DNA of 24,199 nt, taken from Polyangiales bacterium (GTDB lineage: Bacteria; Myxococcota_A; Polyangia; Polyangiales; Polyangiaceae). This document shows, in pieces, positions 6,967-14,471 of the stretch. A program made the translations under genes and the position numbers. The notes beneath the pieces are model-generated. The model was given only the letters and a program-made list of their open reading frames with translations. It was not told where the DNA came from and made no database searches. Each line of letters starts with the position of its first letter. Within the stretch, counting starts at the first letter, position 1. Location of the stretch: assembly GCA_038230375.1 (NCBI GenBank), contig JBBRNJ010000111.1:1-24199 (forward strand). Reading direction: 5' to 3'.

Positions 6967-9300
6967 ATGGGCCAGCAGCGCGCGACGTCGATCTCTGGCC
7001 CCGACCAGCGCGGTTTCCGTCGCCACGCGGTCGATGGCGCCATGCTGTTTTTCCATCCGGAGACGGGCACCTACGTCCGCGTCGAGAGCGATGCGACGCG
7101 CGCCTTCACGCGACGAGTTCCGCGCGTCGTGATGTTCGGGATCACCAACGCATGCAACCTCTCGTGCGACTTCTGCTCGCGGGACACTGCGCGCGCGAGC
7201 ACGTGGAGCGTCGACTCGGCGGAGCAGCTCCTCGTCGGGCTGGCGGAGGCGGGGACGCTGGAGGTGGCATTCGGCGGGGGAGAGCCCTTCGCATTTGCGG
7301 GGCTCGCGGAGCTGGTGAAAAGGCTGCGCGCGCGCACGCGCCTGGCGTTGCACGTGACAACGAACGGGACGCTGCTCGACGACGCGCGTCTGGGCTCGTT
7401 CCAGGGCGGGCTTGGACAGGTGCGCCTGTCGCTCTACGACGACGTGCCGTGGCGACCCACCGCGCAGGTGCTGCTGCGTGCGGGACAGCTCTGGGGCGCG
7501 AACGTCCTGGTGAACGACGCAGCCCTGCGCCAGCTGCCCGCCACGTTGTGTGAGCTTGCGGCGCTCGGCGCGAAGGATGTCTCGCTCCTCTCGTACGTGG
7601 GACGCGACCCGGCGATGATGCTCGGTCCTCGGGGCGAGGAGCAGCTCTCGTCGATCATCGCCGCGAGCCCGCTGCCAGTGCGCGTGTCCGTGTGCTTTGG
7701 TGCACGGCTCTCCGTGCCGCGACTATGGAACGGCACCGACGACGGTGACTGCGGCGCGGGCGCGGACTTCCTCTCGATCACGCCGGACAGACGCGCGCAG
7801 AGCTGCTCCTTCCAGGAGGAGTCGTTTCCGATCGCGTCGGCCCAGGACGCCCTCACCATCTGGAACCGTCGGCGCACGGAGCTGCGACGCGCGTCACCCC
7901 GGCTGGGTTGCGCCCGCACGAACGATGCGGCGAGCAAACGACGACGGCGCGACGGCATCCACGTGTGGCAGGGCTTCAGCGGAAACAACAGCGGCGAGTG
8001 CCTGTTGGTCTCGCGGTTCGAGTCGGAGGACGATGCCTCACGCTTCCTCGCGGAGCTCATCCCCGGCTACGCGCCCGGCTTGCCGTACAGCGCGCCATGG
8101 AAGGAGCTCTTCGAGACGGAGCGCGCCTCCGGAAGTGGGGGCGCGAAGGGAAATGCTCCCGACGAGATGGTGAGCGTAGGTCGCACGTTCATCGCGCGCA
8201 CGGACTACGCGCCGGGCGACGAGTTCCCGGAGCTGCGAGCGCTCTCGTGGAAGCGCGGCGGGCTGGTGCTCGCGGGCGGAGTCCACGTGCACGCGAAGGG
8301 AAACGCGCCAGCGCTAGCGGCGATCCGCGCGAGGGATGAGAAGGACGTCGCGCTGCTGGTAGAGAACGCGGAGAGAGCGGGAGCGCTTGCAGCAGCGCAT
8401 GGAAGGGACGTGTTCGTTGTGCTCGCAGAAGCGACGACGACGACGACTTCGACACCGACTTCGACACCGACTTCGACACCGACTTCGACCTCGACCTCGA
8501 CTTCGACACCGACTTCGACACCGACTTCGACTTCGACTTCGACCTCGACTTCGACCTCGACTTCGACCTCGACTTCGACTTCGACTTCGACTTCGACCTC
8601 GACCTCGACCTCGACTCCCCTTCCCCTTTCCTCGCGACGCGACTCGTTGCTGGCGATCGCGGGGGGCCGGCCTTTTGCGATGGAGATCGTGTTCGACGAC
8701 GTGGATCGCGACGCGCTCACGCAGGCGATGAAGCAGCTTGCGAGCACGCCGAAGGACAAGCCGCGGCTCGCGATGAGCTTCTGGTCCTACGACGATCGCA
8801 CGACACCGGGGGAGCAGGCGGCGGCGCTCGGGCGCGAGCTCGATGGGAACGTGACCGTCGCGGACCGCGTCATCCTCGTGGACGACCTGGTGCGGCGGAA
8901 GCGGACCGCCGTGGTCGGATACCAGAGGGACGCGTCCGTGACCGCGCTCGAGGGCGAGACCCTCGCGTGCCTCGCGCAGCTCTGGAGAGCCCCTGCGAAG
9001 CGGACGAAGGGCAAGAAGGCACCGGAGGTACCGGCGCTGGAGGCGACGGTGGTGGAGCCCGAGCTGCGCGCCCACCTTCGGACCGCGCTGGGCACGCTGC
9101 CGTTCGAGCTCGCCGAGTGTGGACCGGAGAGCTGGGGGCACCGCGTGCGCGTGGAGGTGCACACGCCCGCGCCCGCACAGGTGCTGGCCGCACTCGCAAG
9201 CTACGCCGAGACACGCGGACTACTGAGCTGGCTCGGCGTGCACGATCTGGAGCCGCTCGCGAGAGCACTGAGGAGACTGCGAGCGGACATCCAGGGGTGA
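6967..9300 (+). CDS. Radical SAM protein (Twitch/SPASM-like Cys cluster) fused to a large C-terminal domain of unknown function
   Basis: CNLSCDFC at 7153-7176, FGGGEP, VTTNG, then auxiliary Cys residues (VCFG, DCGAG-x-SCSF, LGCAR), followed by about 445 more residues. Start is uncertain (GTG 6946, GTG 6955 or ATG 6967; GAGGAG lies near 6948-6953). Confidence 0.85.
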   Translation: MGQQRATSISGPDQRGFRRHAVDGAMLFFHPETGTYVRVESDATRAFTRRVPRVVMFGITNACNLSCDFCSRDTARASTWSVDSAEQLLVGLAEAGTLEVAFGGGEPFAFAGLAELVKRLRARTRLALHVTTNGTLLDDARLGSFQGGLGQVRLSLYDDVPWRPTAQVLLRAGQLWGANVLVNDAALRQLPATLCELAALGAKDVSLLSYVGRDPAMMLGPRGEEQLSSIIAASPLPVRVSVCFGARLSVPRLWNGTDDGDCGAGADFLSITPDRRAQSCSFQEESFPIASAQDALTIWNRRRTELRRASPRLGCARTNDAASKRRRRDGIHVWQGFSGNNSGECLLVSRFESEDDASRFLAELIPGYAPGLPYSAPWKELFETERASGSGGAKGNAPDEMVSVGRTFIARTDYAPGDEFPELRALSWKRGGLVLAGGVHVHAKGNAPALAAIRARDEKDVALLVENAERAGALAAAHGRDVFVVLAEATTTTTSTPTSTPTSTPTSTSTSTSTPTSTPTSTSTSTSTSTSTSTSTSTSTSTSTSTSTSTPLPLSSRRDSLLAIAGGRPFAMEIVFDDVDRDALTQAMKQLASTPKDKPRLAMSFWSYDDRTTPGEQAAALGRELDGNVTVADRVILVDDLVRRKRTAVVGYQRDASVTALEGETLACLAQLWRAPAKRTKGKKAPEVPALEATVVEPELRAHLRTALGTLPFELAECGPESWGHRVRVEVHTPAPAQVLAALASYAETRGLLSWLGVHDLEPLARALRRLRADIQG
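8434..8619 (+). repeat. In-frame (ACG)4 plus 29-unit hexamer array (ACTTCG/ACCTCG/ACACCG) encoding a 62-residue Thr/Ser/Pro tract
   Basis: Read directly; hexamers span 8446-8619 with 12-mer higher-order units (acttcgacaccg, acttcgacctcg). Confidence 0.97.
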
Positions 9301-9360
9301 GCCCGGGGTCGCACTTTCCGCCTCGACCTTTCCGCTCCTCCGCGCGAACATCCCTCCGCC

Positions 9361-10497
9361 ATGACGACCCTTCGCGAAGAGCTCGACTCCCTGGACGCCG
9401 ACACGCTCAAACACTTGCATCATGCAGGTTTCGACAAGGACCGCCTCCTTGCCCTCGCCGCGACCCTTGGCGCGGACGCTGGCGAGCGCGATCGCCGGAA
9501 CCGCGTCGCGGGCGACGTGAGCGCGCCTGGCGCAGACGAGCTGCTCGCGATGCCAGCCGAGGGCAGCGCGGACCACGTGCGTCTCGTGAAGCTCGGCGAG
9601 GATGCGATCGCGCGCGGCGAGCTCGCGTTCATCGTACTCGCTGGCGGCATGGCCACGCGCATGGGCGGCGTGGTGAAGGCGCTCGTGGAGGCGCTGCCGC
9701 AGCGCACGTTCCTCTCGCTGCGCCTCACGGAGAACGCGAACGCGAGCGCAAAGGCAAAGCACACGATCCCGCTGTGGCTCATGACCTCCGACGCCACGGA
9801 CACGCCGATCCGCGAGGCGCTCGTGGCAGCGAAGGCGCCTGCGCACGTCCGCGCGTTCATGCAGAACCTCTCCGTTCGGCTCACGCCGGATGGTCACGTC
9901 TTCCTGGACTCCCAGAAGAAGCCAAGCCTCCATGCTTCGGGCCACGGCGATCTCGTGGACGCGGTCCGCCGCTCTGGCTACCTGCGCGAGTTCGTCGCCG
10001 GCGGCGGCAAGTACGTGTGGATCGCGAACCTGGACAACCTGGGCGCCAGCATCAACGCGGCCATCCTTGGCCAGTTCATGGAGGCGAGCCGCGATGTCAT
10101 GGTGGAGGTCTGCGAGAAGGCACCGGGAGACAAGGGCGGCATTCCCGTCCACGCCCTTGGCAAGCTGCAGGTGCTGGAGGAGTTCCGGCTGCCGAAAGGG
10201 TTCGATGCCACGACCGTGCGCGTCTTCAACACGAACACGTTCCTGGTCCGCGCGGACAAGCTCGAGTCCGCACACATCGACTGGAACTTCTTCGAGGTGG
10301 AGAAGAAGGTCGATGGCGCGCCGGCCATCCAGTACGAGCGACTGCTGCAAGAGCTGACGTCCGCCCTGCCTTCCGCATACCTGAAGGTGCCGCGCGAAGG
10401 CCGGGAATCGCGGTTTTTGCCGGTGAAAGACCACGACGAACTCGCCCGCCGAAAAGACGCCATCCGCGCTGTCGCCGAAGCCCGCGGGATGTTGTAG
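9361..10497 (+). CDS. UDPGP-family nucleotidyltransferase (UTP--glucose-1-phosphate or GlcNAc-1-phosphate uridylyltransferase; eukaryote-type family, not GalU)
   Basis: Motifs LAGGMATRMGGVVK, PLWLMTS, SGHGD, NLDNLGA, KGG, FNTNT and RFLPVK. Confidence 0.85.
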   Translation: MTTLREELDSLDADTLKHLHHAGFDKDRLLALAATLGADAGERDRRNRVAGDVSAPGADELLAMPAEGSADHVRLVKLGEDAIARGELAFIVLAGGMATRMGGVVKALVEALPQRTFLSLRLTENANASAKAKHTIPLWLMTSDATDTPIREALVAAKAPAHVRAFMQNLSVRLTPDGHVFLDSQKKPSLHASGHGDLVDAVRRSGYLREFVAGGGKYVWIANLDNLGASINAAILGQFMEASRDVMVEVCEKAPGDKGGIPVHALGKLQVLEEFRLPKGFDATTVRVFNTNTFLVRADKLESAHIDWNFFEVEKKVDGAPAIQYERLLQELTSALPSAYLKVPREGRESRFLPVKDHDELARRKDAIRAVAEARGML

Positions 10498-10509
10498 CGT
10501 TGGCGCTGC

Positions 10510-11016
10510 GTGCAGTTCGAGGTCGTCCACGAATTCGACATCCCGCTCGATGCCATCGAGCTGGCGGTGCTTTCCCCCGATCTGGCGGAGAAGCTGCTCC
10601 ATCGCATCCCGAATGTGGAGTCGATCACGCAGAAGTCGCACGAGCTCGGCGAAGGCGGTCTCCACCGTATCTGGAGCTTCCAGGCCAACGTGAAGATCCC
10701 GCGTTTTGCTCGCCCCTACGTGACGAAGGAGATGTGCGCCTGGGACGAGGAGACCAGCTACGACCTCAAGGCGCACTCCTCCACCTGGACCGTCACGCCC
10801 AAGATCAAGCCCGAGTGGCAGAAGTACTTCTCCGCCAGTGGCAAGTACGAGCTGTTCGCGCTCGACTCGGGTCGGACCAAGCGCGTGCTCTCCGGCGACG
10901 TGAACCTCAAGGTGAAGCTCGTGAAGGCCGTCGCCGAGAAGCTGATCGTCTCTGAGCTGAAGAAGACATTCGACGCGGAGGCAGAGACGCTTCGCGAGCT
11001 CGCGCAATTGACATGA
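10510..11016 (+). CDS. DUF2505-like protein (START/SRPBCC-type fold)
   Basis: GTG start, 168 aa. Pattern F-E-V-V-H-E-F...W-D-E-E-T-S-Y-D...G-D-V-N-L-K-V-K-L-V-K...E-K-L-I-V with a long C-terminal helix. Stop overlaps the next ATG. Confidence 0.65.
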   Translation: MQFEVVHEFDIPLDAIELAVLSPDLAEKLLHRIPNVESITQKSHELGEGGLHRIWSFQANVKIPRFARPYVTKEMCAWDEETSYDLKAHSSTWTVTPKIKPEWQKYFSASGKYELFALDSGRTKRVLSGDVNLKVKLVKAVAEKLIVSELKKTFDAEAETLRELAQLT

Positions 11017-13637
11017 ATAAGTTGGAGGCTGGCGTGAGATTCGTTCGACGAAGGTCGCTGTTTTCTCGGGTGACGGTGATGGCTCCCGCGCCGGTGATCT
11101 CCTGCGCGCTCGCCTGCTCGCTCGCGTCATTCGCGTATTCCGTCTCGGAGCCCACCGCACAAGCGGGTGAGCCGTTCCCCACGCGCGCAGAACGCATCAT
11201 GTCGCCCGGCCGCACGATGGCCACGGAGGACAGCGCGGAAGCGGTCGTCTTGAATCCGGCCAACCTGGCCTTCATGAACGGGCGCGAGGCGCGCTGGACG
11301 TTCGTGCGTTGTCCAGACACGCAGCACGTGGGCTGCGGTCATGCGCTCGATCTCGCGACCAAGCTTCCGTTCAGCTTCGCGTCGGCGTTCCGCGTGGACT
11401 TCGTGCAGCCGCCCGGCGGCGTGGACGGCGTGGGCTTCCCGTACGATGGAACGGACTACGTGTGGCTGACCGCTGGCCTCGCGCGGAAGTTCGGCGACGA
11501 GTGGGCCGTCGGCGCGACGGCGCAGTGGAGCTACTCCACCAACAGCTACACGAACGGGCTCTTCGGGCTCACCGCGGGCGCAAGCTATCGTCCCTATCCG
11601 CTCTTCGCCTTTGCGCTCACCCTGAACGACTTCAACGGTCCCAGCATCAAGCACCTGCCGCCGCTGGGCTATCCAGTGCTGGATCGCAGCTACGCGCTCG
11701 GGGCTGCATTCCGCCCCACCGGCACGCGCGCCGCGGAGCTCGGGCTCGAGGTCCGCTACCTGGAAGGACAGGATCGCTTCCGCCCGCGCGCCACGCTCGG
11801 CATCGACATCCCGGGTGTCGGCCGCGCCCGCGGCGACGTCGAGGTCCAGGAGCTCGCGAACGAGTCACGGCGCGGCGTCCTTGCCACTGCTGGCCTCGAG
11901 GTGAACTTCAACAAGTTCTCCGTCGGCGGCGGCGCGCTCTTCGGCAACGGCCTGGGCACCAGCCAGAGCGTGGGTGAGTACGCGACCGTCAGCGTCTCCA
12001 ACGTCCTCTCTCCCGGCGTGCCCCGCCCTGAGCGCGCGGTCGTCATCCGCATCGAGAGCACGCCTGGCGCGCGGTCTCACGTGCACATGCTGGAGCGCCT
12101 CTGGAAGATCTCCGAGGACAAGGAGATCGCCCTCGTCATGATGGAGATGCGCACGGAGCCCGCCGGCTCGTACGCACACGCGGAGGAGCTCGCGGACGCG
12201 TTCCGCATGCTCCGCGCTCGCGGCAAGAAGGTCGTCTGCAGCCTGGAAGACGGCGGCGCGCGCGCGCTCTTCGCTTGCGCCAGCGCAAATCGCATCGTCG
12301 TGAACCCCGCGGGCGGCCTGCGCTACTCGGGCCTGCGCTCGCAGCACTACTACCTGGGCGGTATCCTGAAGAAGCTCGGCGTGAAGGTGGATATCGTGCG
12401 CATCGGCGCGCACAAATCCGCGCCCGAGCAGTTCATGAACGAGCACGCGAGCGAGGTCGCACGCCAGGATCAGGAAGACCTGCTCCGCAACGTGGAGGCC
12501 GTCTTCGATCGCAACCTTGCGCTCTACCGTCACATGCCGGACGAGAAGATCCGCGCGGCCGCGCTCAAGGGCCCGTTCACCACGAAGGAGGCGATCGACG
12601 CCGGTCTCGTGGACGAGGCCGCCTTCGACGACCAGCTCGAGAAGGTGGCCACGGACGCCGTCGGTCACAAGGTGAAGTTCGAGAAGTACGAGGACGAGAC
12701 GCGCGCAGCAGACGTCATCGGCGGTCGCCCCAGGCTGGGTCTCATCTACGTGGACGGAGACATCATCGACGGGCGCTCCAAGAACGTCCCGCTGCTCGGC
12801 ACCAGGTTGGTGGGCTCGTACTCCATCGCCGAGCAGGCGAAGAAGATGCGCGAGGACAACGACATCAAGGCGGTCGTCCTTCGCATCGAGAGCCCCGGCG
12901 GCTCGTCCCTTGCGTCTGACGTGATGTGGCGTGAACTGAAGCTCCTGAACGACAAGAAGCCGCTGATCATCTCGATGGGCAGCGTCGCGGCGAGCGGCGG
13001 TTACTACATCGCCTCGTCTGGCCGCATGATCTTCGCGCTGCCGCTCACGATCACCGGAAGCATCGGCATCTTTGCCGGCAAGGCGGACGTGAGCGAGCTG
13101 CTCGGCAAGCTGGGCGTGAACGTGGACACCGTGAAGACCGCGCCGCGCGCCGACGCGGACTCACCGTTCCGCGGCTTCACCGACGACGAGCGGAAAGAGC
13201 TCGATCACAAGATCCACCAGTTCTACGACATCTTCCTGGAGCGCGTTTCGCGCGGTCGCCACATGACGCGGGAAGAAGTGGACGCGGTCGGTCAAGGCCG
13301 CGTGTGGATGGGTCAGCAGGCGCTCGGCAACAAGCTCGTCGATCGCATGGGCGGCATTCGCAATGCGCTCGAGGCAGCGCGCTCCGCGGGCAACCTTCCG
13401 GAGAACTGCCCCATCGTCGAGTCACCCGACGCTGGCAAGACGATCGTCGATCAGGCGCTGGAGCTTGCAGGCATGCACAGCTCGAGCTTCGAGGTACAGC
13501 TCGGCGCTGCGCTGCCACCGAGCATCATGGACATCGCGCGCGCGGTCGCGCCGATGGTGGTCTACGACGAGCACACGCCTCTCGCACGGATGGAGTGGAC
13601 ACCCGTGGACGAGATGGGCGGAACGGACGACGAGTAA
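11013..13637 (+). CDS. sppA: Signal peptide peptidase SppA (S49, tandem-domain 67K type) with an N-terminal predicted outer-membrane beta-barrel
   Basis: IGAHKSAPEQF (catalytic Lys candidate at 12414), LRIESPGGS, SMGSVAASGGYY (Ser at 12993), TITGSIG, GRVWMGQQA. ATGA overlap with the upstream gene; alternative starts near 11070-11079. Confidence 0.9.
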   Translation: MNKLEAGVRFVRRRSLFSRVTVMAPAPVISCALACSLASFAYSVSEPTAQAGEPFPTRAERIMSPGRTMATEDSAEAVVLNPANLAFMNGREARWTFVRCPDTQHVGCGHALDLATKLPFSFASAFRVDFVQPPGGVDGVGFPYDGTDYVWLTAGLARKFGDEWAVGATAQWSYSTNSYTNGLFGLTAGASYRPYPLFAFALTLNDFNGPSIKHLPPLGYPVLDRSYALGAAFRPTGTRAAELGLEVRYLEGQDRFRPRATLGIDIPGVGRARGDVEVQELANESRRGVLATAGLEVNFNKFSVGGGALFGNGLGTSQSVGEYATVSVSNVLSPGVPRPERAVVIRIESTPGARSHVHMLERLWKISEDKEIALVMMEMRTEPAGSYAHAEELADAFRMLRARGKKVVCSLEDGGARALFACASANRIVVNPAGGLRYSGLRSQHYYLGGILKKLGVKVDIVRIGAHKSAPEQFMNEHASEVARQDQEDLLRNVEAVFDRNLALYRHMPDEKIRAAALKGPFTTKEAIDAGLVDEAAFDDQLEKVATDAVGHKVKFEKYEDETRAADVIGGRPRLGLIYVDGDIIDGRSKNVPLLGTRLVGSYSIAEQAKKMREDNDIKAVVLRIESPGGSSLASDVMWRELKLLNDKKPLIISMGSVAASGGYYIASSGRMIFALPLTITGSIGIFAGKADVSELLGKLGVNVDTVKTAPRADADSPFRGFTDDERKELDHKIHQFYDIFLERVSRGRHMTREEVDAVGQGRVWMGQQALGNKLVDRMGGIRNALEAARSAGNLPENCPIVESPDAGKTIVDQALELAGMHSSSFEVQLGAALPPSIMDIARAVAPMVVYDEHTPLARMEWTPVDEMGGTDDE

Positions 13638-13642
13638 CAGTC

Positions 13643-14467
13643 ATGGCAAGGCAAAAAACCACACCGGCCAAGGATACGAAGGCCACGAAGGCCACGAAGG
13701 CCACGAAGGCCACCAAGCCAGCGAAAGCGGCCAGCGCCTCGAGCATGGCGGACGCGACCGTCAAGCTGACTCCGGCCGTCGACGCCTTGAAGCTCGATGC
13801 GTCCGAGCTCGACGCTTCCGAGCTCGACGCGCCCGAGCTCGACGTGCCCGCGGGCCTGGCTGGAGCGGGTGCAACCGACGGAGCGGATGCAGTAGACGAC
13901 GCGGACGAAGAGTCTGACGACGACGAAGCTGACGGCGCGGACGAGGCCGACGAAGCGAGCGACGAAGTGGGTGACGTACCGTTGCCGAAGCCTCGCGCGC
14001 TGGTCGCGCTCAAGCCACCGCCGCCCCCGCGTCGCGAGACCGGCCCCGCCACGCTCGGCCTCGCCGCCGATTCTGCGACGCCGTGGACCGTTCGCGCGGG
14101 ACAGACAACCAAGCTGCGACTCACCGTGGTGAACACTGGCGGCCCGGCGCGTGGACTCTGGGTGGAGCTCGGAGGCCAGGCGTTGACCGGCGGTCACGTC
14201 GCGGGCGTGTTGGCCAGCGCAGGAGAGGTCGCCAATCTTGCGCCGCGCGCGCTGCTCCCCACCGCCAACATCGAAGCGATCGAGATCCGCGACGTGAAGG
14301 ACAAGCTTCCACCCGCGCCAAAGCCAACCACCACTGTGGAGGTGGAGGTCCGCGGCGTGACAAAGGGCAAAGCGCTGCTGACCGTGCGCGTGGGACCCAT
14401 GACGCCAAAGGGCCCCGCCAGCTCCGGCTCCGCGCTCTGCGGACGCGCCCTCGACGTCACGGACTGA
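13643..14467 (+). CDS. Hypothetical protein: basic Lys/Ala/Thr N-terminus, acidic tract, C-terminal beta-sandwich-like domain, 274 aa
   Basis: ATG 5 nt after the sppA stop; (TKA)4, (K/ELDAS)-type repeats, DDADEESDDDEAD, poly-Pro, then LRLTVVNTGG...VEVEVRG...LLTVRV. Fills the gap up to the convergent gene. Confidence 0.7.
   Translation: MARQKTTPAKDTKATKATKATKATKPAKAASASSMADATVKLTPAVDALKLDASELDASELDAPELDVPAGLAGAGATDGADAVDDADEESDDDEADGADEADEASDEVGDVPLPKPRALVALKPPPPPRRETGPATLGLAADSATPWTVRAGQTTKLRLTVVNTGGPARGLWVELGGQALTGGHVAGVLASAGEVANLAPRALLPTANIEAIEIRDVKDKLPPAPKPTTTVEVEVRGVTKGKALLTVRVGPMTPKGPASSGSALCGRALDVTD
13676..13711 (+). repeat. Perfect 9-bp tandem repeat (ACGAAGGCC)4 encoding (TKA)4
   Basis: Read directly. 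Confidence 0.9.
13790..13849 (+). repeat. Imperfect 15-bp tandem repeat x4 encoding KLDAS-ELDAS-ELDAP-ELDVP
   Basis: Read directly. Confidence 0.8.
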
Positions 14468-14471
14468 AGCC

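Noticed and set aside
8434..8619. Possible CRISPR array
   Set aside because: Contiguous 6-bp units with no unique spacers, and no cas genes in the window.
8189..8759. Antisense and alternative-frame ORFs with (VE)n, (RS)n or (RL)n tracts
   Set aside because: They are by-products of the stop-free hexamer array. The flanks make protein sense only in the radical SAM frame.
9220..11160. 646-aa minus-strand ORF, and the overlapping 8967-10955 plus-strand ORF
   Set aside because: High-GC shadow ORFs over genes with clear motifs; no recognisable domains.
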